Made by a program: the position numbers and the translations under genes. Of a stretch of DNA of 64,000 nt, positions 13,301 through 26,400 are shown piece by piece. The DNA is from Eledone cirrhosa (taxonomy: Eukaryota), in NCBI GenBank assembly GCA_964016885.1, contig OZ024756.1, positions 1,798,001-1,862,000 of the forward strand. The letters run 5' to 3'. Each line of letters begins with the position of its first letter. Within the stretch, counting starts at the first letter, position 1. The notes under the pieces were generated by a model. It had not been told where the DNA came from. It ran no database searches and was given only the letters and a program-made list of their open reading frames with translations.

Positions 13301-16300
13301 CTGTCTTCAGTACATCTATGAAGTGTGCAGTGTCAGTGATCTGGTCCTCTGTCTTGCTGTCTTCAGTACATCTATGAAGTGTGCAGTGTCAGGGATCTGG
13401 TCCGCTGTCTTGCTGTCTTCAGTTCATCTATGAATTGTGCAGTGTCACTGATCTCGTCCTCTGTCTTGCTGTCTTCAGTACATCTATGAATTGTGCAGTG
13501 TCACTGATCTCGTCCTCTGTCTTGCTGTCTTCAATACATCTATGAAGTGTGCAGTGTCAGTGATCTGGTCCTCTGTCTTGCTGTCTGCAGTTCATCTATG
13601 AAGTGTGCAGTGTCAGTGATCTGGTCCTCTGACTTGCTGTCTTCAGTACATCTATGAAGTGTGCAGTGTCAGTGATCTGGTCCTCTGTCTTGCTGTCTTC
13701 AGTACATCTATGAAGTGTGCAGTGTCAGTGATCTGGTCCTCTGTCTTGCTGTCTTCAGTTCATGTATGAAGTGTGCAGTGTCAGTGATCTCGTCCTCTGT
13801 CTTGCTGTCTTCAGTACATCTATGAAGTGTGCAGTGTCAGTGATCTCGTCCTCTGTCTTGCTGTCTTCAGTACATCTATGAAGTGTGCAGTGTCAGTGAT
13901 CTGGTCCTCTGTCTTGCTGTCTTCAGTTCATCTATGAAGTGTGCAGTGTCAGTGATCTGGTCCTCTGTCTTGCTGTCTTCAGTACATCTGTGAAGTTTGT
14001 AGTGTCAGTGATCAGGTCCTCTGTCTTGCTGTCTTCAGTACATCTATGTAGTGTGCAGTGTCAGTGATCTGGTCCTCTGTCTTGCTGTCTTCAGTACATC
14101 TATGAAGTGTGCAGTGTCAGTGATCTTGTCCTCTGTCTTGCTGTCTTCAGTTCATCTATGAAGTGTGCAGTGTCAGTGATCTGGTCCTTCGTCTTGCTGT
14201 TTCCAGTACACCTATGAAGTGTGCAGTGTCAGGGATCTGGTCCTCTGTCTTGCTGTCTTCAGTTCATCTATGAAGTGTGCAGTGTCAGTGATCTCGTCCT
14301 CTGTCTTGCTGTCTTCAGTACATCTATGAAGTGTGCAGTGTCAGGGATCTGGTCCTCTGTCTTGCTGTCTTCAGTTCATCTATGAAGTGTGCAGTGTCAG
14401 TGATCTGGTCCTCTGTCTTGCTGTCTTCAGTACATCTATGAAGTGTGCAGTGTCAGGGATCTGGTCCGCTGTCTTGCTGTCTTCAGTTCATCTATGAAGT
14501 GTGCAGTGTCAGTGATCTCGTCCTCTGTCTTGCTGTCTTCAGTACATCTATGAATTGTGCAGTGTCACTGATCTCGTCCTCTGTCTTGCTGTCTTCAGTA
14601 CATCTATGAAGTGTGCTGTGTCAGTGATCTGGTCCTCTGTCTTGCTATCTTCAGTACATCTATGAAGTGTGCAGTGTCAGTGATCTGGTCCTCTGTCTGG
14701 CTGTCTTCAGTTCATCTATGAAGTGTGCAGTGTCAGTGATCTGGTCCTCCGTCTTGCTGTTTTCAGTACATCTATGAAGTGTGCAGTGTCAGGGATCTGG
14801 TCCTCTGTCTTGCTGTCTTCAGTTCATCTATGAAGTGTGCAGTGTCAGTGATCTCGTCCTCTGTCTTGCTGTCTTCAGTACATCTATGAAGTGTGCAGTG
14901 TCAGTGATCTCGTCCTCTGTCTTGCTGTCTTCAGTACATCTATGAAGTGTGCAGTGTTAGTGATCTGGTCCTCTGTCTTGCTGTCTTCAGTACATCTATG
15001 AAGTGTGCAGTGTCAGGGATCTGGTCCGCTGTCTTGCTGTCTTCAGTTCATCTATGAATTGTGCAGTGTCACTGATCTCGTCCTCTGTCTTGCTGTCTTC
15101 AGTACATCTGTGAAGTTTGTAGTGTCAGTGATCAGGTCCTCTGTCTTGCTGTCTTCAGTACATCTATGTAGTGTGCAGTGTCAGTGATCTGGTCCTCTGT
15201 CTTGCTGTCTTCAGTACATCTATGAAGTGTGCAGTGTCAGTGATCTTGTCCTCTGTCTTGCTGTCTTCAGTTCATCTATGAAGTGTGCAGTGTCAGTGAT
15301 CTGGTCCTTCGTCTTGCTGTTTCCAGTACACCTATGAAGTGTGCAGTGTCAGGGATCTGGTCCTCTGTCTTGCTGTCTTCAGTTCATCTATGAAGTGTGC
15401 AGTGTCAGTGATCTCGTCCTCGGTCTTACTGTCTTCAGTACATCTATGAAGTGTGCAGTGTCAGGGATCTGGTCCTCTGTCTTGCTGTCTTCTGTTCATC
15501 TATGAAGTGTGCAGTGTCAGTGATCTGGTCCTCTGTCTTGCTGTCTTCAGTACATCTATGAAGTGTGCAGTGTCAGGGATCTGGTCCGCTGTCTTGCTGT
15601 CTTCAGTTCATCTATGAAGTGTGCAGTGTCAGTGATCTCGTCCTCTGTCTTGCTGTCTTCAGTACATCTATGAATTGTGCAGTGTCACTGATCTCGTCCT
15701 CTGTCTTGCTGTCTTCAGTACATCTATGAAGTGTGCTGTGTCAGTGATCTGGTCCTCTGTCTTGCTATCTTCAGTACATCTATGAAGTGTGCAGTGTCAG
15801 TGATCTGGTCCTCTGTCTGGCTGTCTTCAGTTCATCTATGAAGTGTGCAGTGTCAGTGATCTGGTCCTCCGTCTTGCTGTTTTCAGTACATCTATGAAGT
15901 GTGCAGTGTCAGGGATCTGGTCCTCTGTCTTGCTGTCTTCAGTTCATCTATGAAGTGTGCAGTGTCAGTGATCTCGTCCTCTGTCTTGCTGTCTTCAGTA
16001 CATCTATGAAGTGTGCAGTGTCAGTGATCTCGTCCTCTGTCTTGCTGTCTTCAGTACATCTATGAAGTGTGCAGTGTCAGTGATCTGGTCCTCTGTCTTG
16101 CTGTCTTCAGTACATCTATGAAGTGTGCAGTGTCAGGGATCTGGTCCGCTGTCTTGCTGTCTTCAGTTCATCTATGAATTGTGCAGTGTCACTGATCTCG
16201 TCCTCTGTCTTGCTGTCTTCAGTACATCTATGAATTGTGCAGTGTCACTGATCTCGTCCTCTGTCTTGCTGTCTTCAATACATCTATGAAGTGTGCAGTG

Positions 16301-18500
16301 TCAGTGATCTGGTCCTCTGTCTTGCTGTCTGCAGTTCATCTATGAAGTGTGCAGTGTCAGTGATCTGGTCCTCTGACTTGCTGTCTTCAGTATATCTATG
16401 AAGTGTGCAGTGTCAGTGATCTGGTCCTCTGTCTTGCTGTCTTCAGTACATCTATGAAGTGTGCAGTGTCAGTGATCTGGTCCTCTGTCTTGCTGTCTTC
16501 AGTTCATGTATGAAGTGTGCAGTGTCAGTGATCTCGTCCTCTGTCTTGCTGTCTTCAGTACATCTATGAAGTGTGCAGTGTCAGTGATCTCGTCCTCTGT
16601 CTTGCTGTCTTCAGTACATCTATGAAGTGTGCAGTGTCAGTGATCTGGTCCTCTGTCTTGCTGTCTTCAGTTCATCTATGAAGTGTGCAGTGTCAGTGAT
16701 CTGGTCCTCTGTCTTGCTGTCTTCAGTACATCTGTGAAGTTTGTAGTGTCAGTGATCAGGTCCTCTGTCTTGCTGTCTTCAGTACATCTATGTAGTGTGC
16801 AGTGTCAGTGATCTGGTCCTCTGTCTTGCTGTCTTCAGTACATCTATGAAGTGTGCAGTGTCAGTGATCTTGTCCTCTGTCTTGCTGTCTTCAGTTCATC
16901 TATGAAGTGTGCAGTGTCAGTGATCTGGTCCTTCGTCTTGCTGTTTCCAGTACACCTATGAAGTGTGCAGTGTCAGGGATCTGGTCCTCTGTCTTGCTGT
17001 CTTCAGTTCATCTATGAAGTGTGCAGTGTCAGTGATCTCGTCCTCTGTCTTGCTGTCTTCAGTACATCTATGAAGTGTGCAGTGTCAGGGATCTGGTCCT
17101 CTGTCTTGCTGTCTTCAGTTCCTCTATGAAGTGTGCAGTGTCAGTGATCTGGTCCTCTGTCTTGCTGTCTTCAGTACATCTATGAAGTGTGCAGTGTCAG
17201 GGATCTGGTCCGCTGTCTTGCTGTCTTCAGTTCATCTATGAAGTGTGCAGTGTCAGTGATCTCGTCCTCTGTCTTGCTGTCTTCAGTACATCTATGAATT
17301 GTGCAGTGTCACTGATCTCGTCCTCTGTCTTGCTGTCTTCAGTACATCTATGAAGTGTGCTGTGTCAGTGATCTGGTCCTCTGTCTTGCTATCTTCAGTA
17401 CATCTATGAAGTGTGCAGTGTCAGTGATCTGGTCCTCTGTCTGGCTGTCTTCAGTTCATCTATGAAGTGTGCAGTGTCAGTGATCTGGTCCTCCGTCTTG
17501 CTGTTTTCAGTACATCTATGAAGTGTGCAGTGTCAGGGATCTGGTCCTCTGTCTTGCTGTCTTCAGTTCATCTATGAAGTGTGCAGTGTCAGTGATCTCG
17601 TCCTCTGTCTTGCTGTCTTCAGTACATCTATGAAGTGTGCAGTGTCAGTGATCTCGTCCTCTGTCTTGCTGTCTTCAGTACATCTATGAAGTGTGCAGTG
17701 TCAGTGATCTGGTCCTCTGTCTTGCTGTCTTCAGTACATCTATGAAGTGTGCAGTGTCAGGGATCTGGTCCGCTGTCTTGCTGTCTTCAGTTCATCTATG
17801 AATTGTGCAGTGTCACTGATCTCGTCCTCTGTCTTGCTGTCTTCAGTACATCTATGAATTGTGCAGTGTCACTGATCTCGTCCTCTGTCTTGCTGTCTTC
17901 AATACATCTATGAAGTGTGCAGTGTCAGTGATCTGGTCCTCTGTCTTGCTGTCTGCAGTTCATCTATGAAGTGTGCAGTGTCAGTGATCTGGTCCTCTGA
18001 CTTGCTGTCTTCAGTACATCTATGAAGTGTGCAGTGTCAGTGATCTGGTCCTCTGTCTTGCTGTCTTCAGTACATCTATGAAGTGTGCAGTGTCAGTGAT
18101 CTGGTCCTCTGTCTTGCTGTCTTCAGTTCAGGTATGAAGTGTGCAGTGTCAGTGATCTCGTCCTCTGTCTTGCTGTCTTCAGTACATCTATGAAGTGTGC
18201 AGTGTCAGTGATCTCGTCCTCTGTCTTGCTGTCTTCAGTACATCTATGAAGTGTGCAGTGTCAGTGATCTGGTCCTCTGTCTTGCTGTCTTCAGTACATC
18301 TGTGAACTTTGTAGTGTCAGTGATCAGATCCTCTGTCTTGCTGTCTTCAGTACATATATGAAGTGTGCAGTGTCAGTGATCTGGTCCTCTGTCTTGCTGT
18401 CTTCAGTTCATCTATGAAGTGTGCAGTGTCAGTGATCTGGTCCTCTGTCTTGCTGTCTTCAGTACATCTGTGAAGTTTGTAGTGTCAGTGATCAGGTCCT
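7400..18500. repeat. Large imperfect duplication, period about 5824-5880 bp (104-105 monomers)
   Basis: Private variant CGGTCTTACT at 9597/15421 and identical ORF-track entries at 9181/15005 (offset 5824). Private variant CAGGTATG near 12251/18131 (offset 5880). Ends are approximate. Confidence 0.75.
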
Positions 18501-20199
18501 CTGTCTTGCTGTCTTCAGTACATCTATGTAGTGTGCAGTGTCAGTGATCTGGTCCTCTGTCTTGCTGTCTTCAGTACATCTATGAAGTGTGCAGTGTCAG
18601 TGATCTTGTCCTCTGTCTTGCTGTCTTCAGTTCATCTATGAAGTGTGCAGTGTCAGTGATCTAGTCCTTCGTCTTGCTGTTTCCAGTACACCTATGAAGT
18701 GTGCAGTGTCAGGGATCTGGTCCTCTGTCTTGCTGTCTTCAGTTCATCTATGAAGTGTGCAGTGTCAGTGATCTCGTCCTCTGTCTTGCTGTCTTCAGTA
18801 CATCTATGAAGTGTGCAGTGTCAGGGATCTGGTCCTCTGTCTTGCTGTCTTCAGTTCATCTATGAAGTGTGCAGTGTCAGTGATCTGGTCCTCTGTCTTG
18901 CTGTCTTCAGTACATCTATGAAGTGTGCAGTGTCAGTGATCTGGACCTCTGTCTTGCTGTCTTCAGTTAATCTATGAAGTGTGCAGTGTCAGTGATCTGG
19001 TCCTCTGTCTTGCTGTCTTCAGTACATCTATGAAGTGTGCAGTGTCAGTGATCTGGTCCTCTGTCTTGCTGTCTTCAGTTCATCTATGAAGTGTGCAGTG
19101 TCAGTGATCTGGTCCTCTGTCTTGCTGTCTTCAGTACATCTATGAAGTGTGCAGTGTCAGTGATCTGGTCCTCTGTCTTGCTGTCTTCAGTTCATCTGTG
19201 AAGTGTGCAGTGTCAGTGATCTGGTCCTCTGTCTTGCTGTTTTCAGTACATCTATGAAGTGTGCAGTGTCAGTGATCTGGTCCTCTGTCTTGCTATCTTC
19301 AGTTCATCTATGAAGTGTGCAGTGTCAGTGATCTGGTCCTCCGTCTTGCTGTTTTCAGTACATCTATGAAGTGTGCAGTGTCAGTGATCTGGTCCTCTGT
19401 CTTGCTGTCTTCAGTACATCTATGAAGTGTGCAGTGTCAGTGATATGGTCCTCTGTGTTGCTGTCTTCAGTACATTTATGAAGTGTGCAGTGTCAGTGAT
19501 CTGGTCCTCTGTCTTGCTGTCTTCAGTACATCTATGAAGTGTGCAGTGTTAGTGATCTGGTCCTCTGTCTGGCTGTCTTCAGTTCATCTATGAAGTGTGC
19601 AGTGTCAGTGATCTGGTCCTCCGTCTTGCTGTTTTCAGTACATCTATGAAGTGAGCAGTGTCAGGGATCTGGTCCTCTGTCTTGCTGTCTTCAGTTCATC
19701 TATGAAGTGTGCAGTGTCAGTGATCTCGTCCTCTGTCTTGCTGTCTTCAGTACATCTATGAAGTGTGCAGTGTCAGTGATCTCGTCCTCTGTCTTGCTGT
19801 CTTCAGTTCATCTATGAAGTGTGCAGTGTCAGTGATCTGGTCCTCTGTCTTGCTGTCTTCAGTACATCTATGAAGTGTGCAGTGTCAGGGATCTGGTCCG
19901 CTGTCTTGCTGTCTTCAGTTCATCTATGAAGTGTGCAGTGTCAGTGATCTCGTCCTCTGTCTTGCTGTCTTCAGTACATCTATGAATTGTGCAGTGTCAC
20001 TGATCTGGTCCTCTGTCTTGCTGTCTTCAGTACATCTATGAAGTGTGCAGTGTCAGTGATCTGGTCCTCTGTCTTGCTATCTTCAGTACATCTATGAAGC
20101 GTGCAGTGTCAGTGATCTGGTCCTCTGTCTGGCTGTCTTCAGTTCATCTATGAAGTGTGCAGTGTCAGTGATCTGGTCCTCCGTCTTGCTGTTTTCAGT

Positions 20200-23100
20200 A
20201 CATCTATGAAGTGTGCAGTGTCAGGGATCTGGTCCTCTGTCTTGCTGTCTTCAGTTCATCTATGAAGTGTGCAGTGTCAGTGATCTCGTCCTCTGTCTTG
20301 CTGTCTTCAGTACATCTATGAAGTGTGCAGTGTCAGTGATCTCGTCCTCTGTCTTGCTGTCTTCAGTACATCTATGAAGTGTGCAGTGTCAGTGATCTGG
20401 TCCTCTGTCTTGCTGTCTTCAGTACATCTATGAAGTGTGCAGTGTCAGGGATCTGGTCCGCTGTCTTGCTGTCTTCAGTTCATCTATGAATTGTGCAGTG
20501 TCACTGATCTCGTCCTCTGTCTTGCTGTCGTCAATACATCTATGAAGTGTGCAGTGTCAGTGATCTGGTCCTCTGTCTTGCTGTCTGCAGTTCATCTATG
20601 AAGTGTGCAGTGTCAGTGATCTGGTCCTCTGACTTGCTGTCTTCAGTACATCTATGAAGTGTGCAGTGTCAGTGATCTGGTCCTCTGTCTTGCTGTCTTC
20701 AGTACATCTATGAAGTGTGCAGTGTCAGTGATCTGGTCCTCTGTCTTGCTGTCTTCAGTTCATGTATGAAGTGTGCAGTGTCAGTGATCTCGTCCTCTGT
20801 CTTGCTGTCTTCAGTACATCTATGAAGTGTGCAGTGTCAGTGATCTCGTCCTCTGTCTTGCTGTCTTCAGTACATCTATGAAGTGTGCAGTGTCAGTGAT
20901 CTGGTCCTCTGTCTTGCTGTCTTCAGTACATCTGTGAACTTTGTAGTGTCAGTGATCAGATCCTCTGTCTTGCTGTCTTCAGTACATATATGAAGTGTGC
21001 AGTGTCAGTGATCTGGTCCTCTGTCTTGCTGTCTTCAGTTCATCTATGAAGTGTGCAGTGTCAGTGATCTGGTCCTCTGTCTTGCTGTCTTCAGTACATC
21101 TGTGAAGTTTGTAGTGTCAGTGATCAGGTCCTCTGTCTTGCTGTCTTCAGTACATCTATGTAGTGTGCAGTGTCAGTGATCTGGTCCTCTGTCTTGCTGT
21201 CTTCAGTACATCTATGAAGTGTGCAGTGTCAGTGATCTTGTCCTCTGTCTTGCTGTCTTCAGTTCATCTATGAAGTGTGCAGTGTCAGTGATCTGGTCCT
21301 TCGTCTTGCTGTTTCCAGTACACCTATGAAGTGTGCAGTGTCAGGGATCTGGTCCTCTGTCTTGCTGTCTTCAGTTCATCTATGAAGTGTGCAGTGTCAG
21401 TGATCTCGTCCTCTGTCTTGCTGTCTTCAGTACATCTATGAAGTGTGCAGTGTCAGGGATCTGGTCCTCTGTCTTGCTGTCTTCAGTTCATCTATGAAGT
21501 GTGCAGTGTCAGTGATCTGGTCCTCTGTCTTGCTGTCTTCAGTACATCTATGAAGTGTGCAGTGTCAGTGATCTGGTCCTCTGTCTTGCTGTCTTCAGTT
21601 AATCTATGAAGTGTGCAGTGTCAGTGATCTGGTCCTCTGTCTTGCTGTCTTCAGTACATCTATGAAGTGTGCAGTGTCAGTGATCTGGTCCTCTGTCTTG
21701 CTGTCTTCAGTTCATCTATGAAGTGTGCAGTGTCAGTGATCTGGTCCTCTGTCTTGCTGTCTTCAGTACATCTATGAAGTGTGCAGTGTCAGTGATCTGG
21801 TCCTCTGTCTTGCTGTCTTCAGTTCATCTGTGAAGTGTGCAGTGTCAGTGATCTGGTCCTCTGTCTTGCTGTTTTCAGTACATCTATGAAGTGTGCAGTG
21901 TCAGTGATCTGGTCCTCTGTCTTGCTATCTTCAGTTCATCTATGAAGTGTGCAGTGTCAGTGATCTGGTCCTCCGTCTTGCTGTTTTCAGTACATCTATG
22001 AAGTGTGCAGTGTCAGTGATCTGGTCCTCTGTCTTGCTGTCTTCAGTACATCTATGAAGTGTGCAGTGTCAGTGATATGGTCCTCTGTGTTGCTGTCTTC
22101 AGTACATTTATGAAGTGTGCAGTGTCAGTGATCTGGTCCTCTGTCTTGCTGTCTTCAGTACATCTATGAAGTGTGCAGTGTTAGTGATCTGGTCCTCTGT
22201 CTGGCTGTCTTCAGTTCATCTATGAAGTGTGCAGTGTCAGTGATCTGGTCCTCCGACTTGCTGTTTTCAGTACATCTATGAAGTGTGCAGTGTCAGGGAT
22301 CTGGTCCTCTGTCTTGCTGTCTTCAGTTCATCTATGAAGTGTGCAGTGTCAGTGATCTCGTCCTCTGTCTTGCTGTCTTCAGTACATCTATGAAGTGTGC
22401 AGTGTCAGTGATCTCGTCCTCTGTCTTGCTGTCTTCAGTACATCTATGAAGTGTGCAGTGTCAGTGATCTGGTCCTCTGTCTTGCTGTCTTCAGTACATC
22501 TATGAAGTGTGCAGTGTCAGGGATCTGGTCCGCTGTCTTGCTGTCTTCAGTTCATCTATGAATTGTGCAGTGTCACTGATCTCGTCCTCTGTCTTGCTGT
22601 CGTCAATACATCTATGAAGTGTGCAGTGTCAGTGATCTGGTCCTCTGTCTTGCTGTCTGCAGTTCATCTATGAAGTGTGCAGTGTCAGTGATCTGGTCCT
22701 CTGACTTGCTGTCTTCAGTACATCTATGAAGTGTGCAGTGTCAGTGATCTGGTCCTCTGTCTTGCTGTCTTCAGTACATCTATGAAGTGTGCAGTGTCAG
22801 TGATCTGGTCCTCTGTCTTGCTGTCTTCAGTTCATGTATGAAGTGTGCAGTGTCAGTGATCTCGTCCTCTGTCTTGCTGTCTTCAGTACATCTATGAAGT
22901 GTGCAGTGTCAGTGATCTCGTCCTCTGTCTTGCTGTCTTCAGTACATCTATGAAGTGTGCAGTGTCAGTGATCTGGTCCTCTGTCTTGCTGTCTTCAGTA
23001 CATCTGTGAACTTTGTAGTGTCAGTGATCAGATCCTCTGTCTTGCTGTCTTCAGTACATATATGAAGTGTGCAGTGTCAGTGATCTGGTCCTCTGTCTTG

Positions 23101-24370
23101 CTGTCTTCAGTTCATCTATGAAGTGTGCAGTGTCAGTGATCTGGTCCTCTGTCTTGCTGTCTTCAGTACATCTGTGAAGTTTGTAGTGTCAGTGATCAGG
23201 TCCTCTGTCTTGCTGTCTTCAGTACATCTATGTAGTGTGCAGTGTCAGTGATCTGGTCCTCTGTCTTGCTGTCTTCAGTACATCTATGAAGTGTGCAGTG
23301 TCAGTGATCTTGTCCTCTGTCTTGCTGTCTTCAGTTCATCTATGAAGTGTGCAGTGTCAGTGATCTGGTCCTTCGTCTTGCTGTTTCCAGTACACCTATG
23401 AAGTGTGCAGTGTCAGGGATCTGGTCCTCTGTCTTGCTGTCTTCAGTTCATCTATGAAGTGTGCAGTGTCAGTGATCTCGTCCTCTGTCTTGCTGTCTTC
23501 AGTACATCTATGAAGTGTGCAGTGTCAGGGATCTGGTCCTCTGTCTTGCTGTCTTCAGTTCATCTATGAAGTGTGCAGTGTCAGTGATCTGGTCCTCTGT
23601 CTTGCTGTCTTCAGTACATCTATGAAGTGTGCAGTGTCAGTGATCTGGTCCTCTGTCTTGCTGTCTTCAGTTAATCTATGAAGTGTGCAGTGTCAGTGAT
23701 CTGGTCCTCTGTCTTGCTGTCTTCAGTACATCTATGAAGTGTGCAGTGTCAGTGATCTGGTCCTCTGTCTTGCTGTCTTCAGTTCATCTATGAAGTGTGC
23801 AGTGTCAGTGATCTGGTCCTCTGTCTTGCTGTCTTCAGTACATCTATGAAGTGTGCAGTGTCAGTGATCTGGTCCTCTGTCTTGCTGTCTTCAGTTCATC
23901 TGTGAAGTGTGCAGTGTCAGTGATCTGGTCCTCTGTCTTGCTGTTTTCAGTACATCTATGAAGTGTGCAGTGTCAGTGATCTGGTCCTCTGTCTTGCTAT
24001 CTTCAGTTCATCTATGAAGTGTGCAGTGTCAGTGATCTGGTCCTCCGTCTTGCTGTTTTCAGTACATCTATGAAGTGTGCAGTGTCAGTGATCTGGTCCT
24101 CTGTCTTGCTGTCTTCAGTACATCTATGAAGTGTGCAGTGTCAGTGATATGGTCCTCTGTGTTGCTGTCTTCAGTACATTTATGAAGTGTGCAGTGTCAG
24201 TGATCTGGTCCTCTGTCTTGCTGTCTTCAGTACATCTATGAAGTGTGCAGTGTTAGTGATCTGGTCCTCTGTCTGGCTGTCTTCAGTTCATCTATGAAGT
24301 GTGCAGTGTCAGTGATCTGGTCCTCCGACTTGCTGTTTTCAGTACATCTATGAAGTGTGCAGTGTCAGGG
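20200..24370. repeat. Tandem duplication, 2072-bp period (37 monomers)
   Basis: Private variants CGTCAATAC at 20529/22601 and CTCCGACTT at 22251/24323, plus CCTTCG at 21298/23370, all offset 2072. Confidence 0.85.
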
Positions 24371-25499
24371 ATCTGGTCCGCTGTCTTGCTGTCTTCAGTT
24401 CATCTATGAAGTGTGCAGTGTCAGTGATCTCGTCCTCTGTCTTGCTGTCTTCAGTACATCTATGAATTGTGCAGTGTCACTGATCTCGTCCTCTGTCTTG
24501 CTGTCTTCAGTACATCTATGAAGTGTGCAGTGTCAGTGATCTGGTCCTCTGTCTTGCTATCTTCAGTACATCTATGAAGCGTGCAGTGTCAGTGATCTGG
24601 TCCTCTGTCTGGCTGTCTTCAGTTCATCTATGAAGTGTGCAGTGTCAGTGATCTGGTCCTCCGTCTTGCTGTTTTCAGTACATCTATGAAGTGTGCAGTG
24701 TCAGGGATCTGGTCCTCTGTCTTGCTGTCTTCAGTTCATCTATGAAGTGTGCAGTGTCAGTGATCTCGTCCTCTGTCTTGCTGTCTTCAGTACATCTATG
24801 AAGTGTGCAGTGTCAGTGATCTCGTCCTCTGTCTTGCTGTCTTCAGTACATCTATGAAGAGTGCAGTGTCAGTGATCTGGTCCTATGTCTTGCTGTCTTC
24901 AGTACATCTATGAAGTGTGCAGTGTCAGGGATCTGGTCCGCTGTCTTGCTGTCTTCAGTTCATCTATGAATTGTGCAGTGTCACTGATCTCGTCCTCTGT
25001 CTTGCTGTCTTCAATACATCTATGAAGTGTGCAGTGTCAGTGATCTGTTCCTCTGTCTTGCTGTCTGCAGTTCATCTATGAAGTGTGCAGTGTCAGTGAT
25101 CTGGTCCTCTGACTTGCTGTCTTCAGTACATCTATGAAGTGTGCAGTGTCAGTCATCTGGTCCTCTGTCTTGCTGTCTTCAGTACATCTATGAAGTGTGC
25201 AGTGTCAGTGATCTGGTCCTCTGTCTTGCTGTCTTCAGTTCATGTATGAAGTGTGCAGTGTCAGTGATCTCGTCCTCTGTCTTGCTGTCTTCAGTACATC
25301 TATAAAGTGTGCAGTGTCAGTGATCTCGTCCTCTGTCTTGCTGTCTTCAGTACATCTATGAAGTGTGCAGTGTCAGTGATCTGGTCCTCTGTCTTGCTGT
25401 CTTCAGTACATCTGTGAACTTTGTAGTGTCAGTGATCAGATCCTCTGTCTTGCTGTCTTCAGTACATATATGAAGTGTGCAGTGTCAGTGATCTGGTCC

Positions 25500-26400
25500 T
25501 CTGTCTTGCTGTCTTCAGTTGATCTATGAAGTGTGCAGTGTCAGTGATCTGGTCCTCTGTCTTGCTGTCTTCAGTACATCTGTGAAGTTTGTAGTGTCAG
25601 TGATCAGGTCCTCTGTCTTGCTGTCTTCAGTACATCTATGTAGTGTGCAGTGTCAGTGATCAGGTCCTCTGTCTTCCTGTCTTCAGTACATCTGTGAAGT
25701 GTGTAGTGTCAGTGATCTGGTCCTCTGTCTTGCTGTCTTCAGTACATCTATGAAGTGTGCAGTGTCAGTGATCAGGTCCTCTGTCTTGCTGTCTTCAGTA
25801 CATCTATGTAGTGTGCAGTGTCAGTGATCAGGTCCTCTGTCTTGCTGTCTTCAGTACATCTATGTAGTGTGCAGTGTCAGTGATCTGGTCCTCTGTCTTG
25901 CTGTCTTCAGTTCATCTATGAAGTGTGCAGTGTCAGTGATCAGGTCCTCTGTCTTGCTGTCTTCAGTTCATCTATGAAGTGTGCAGTGTCAGTGATCTGG
26001 TCCTCTGTCTTGCTGTCTTCAGTACATCTGTGAAGTTTGTAGTGTCAGTGATCAGGTCCTCTGTCTTGCTGTCTTCAGTACATCTATGTAGTGTGCAGTG
26101 TCAGTGATCAGGTCCTCTGTCTTCCTGTCTTCAGTACATCTGTGAAGTGTGTAGTGTCAGTGATCTGGTCCTCTGTCTTGCTGTCTTCAGTACATCTATG
26201 AAGTGTGCAGTGTCAGTGATCAGGTCCTCTGTCTTGCTGTCTTCAGTACATCTATGTAGTGTGCAGTGTCAGTGATCGGGTCCTCTGTCTTGCTGTCTTC
26301 AGTACATCTATGTAGTGTGCAGTGTCAGTGATCTGGTCCTCTGTCTTGCTGTCTTCAGTTCATCTATGAAGTGTGCAGTGTCAGTGATCAGGTCCTCTGT
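25500..26400. repeat. Local tandem duplication, 448-bp period (8 monomers)
   Basis: CTTCCTG variant at 25673/26121 with the same flanking order of TGATCAGG and TATGTAG monomers. Confidence 0.75.

Larger units (their letters stand above)
1700..25600. repeat. Left satellite domain: irregular higher-order repeat of roughly 20-50 monomers
   Basis: Diagnostic variant CCTTCGTCTTGCTGTTTCCAGTACACC at 1754, 6794, 8362, 9482, 11106, 14186, 15306, 16930, 18666, 21298 and 23370 (spacings 90, 28, 20, 29, 55, 20, 29, 31, 47, 37 monomers), not seen further right. It co-occurs with GAATTGTGCAGTGTCACTGA, TCAATAC, CTCTGACTT and CATGTATG. Boundaries are approximate. Confidence 0.85.
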
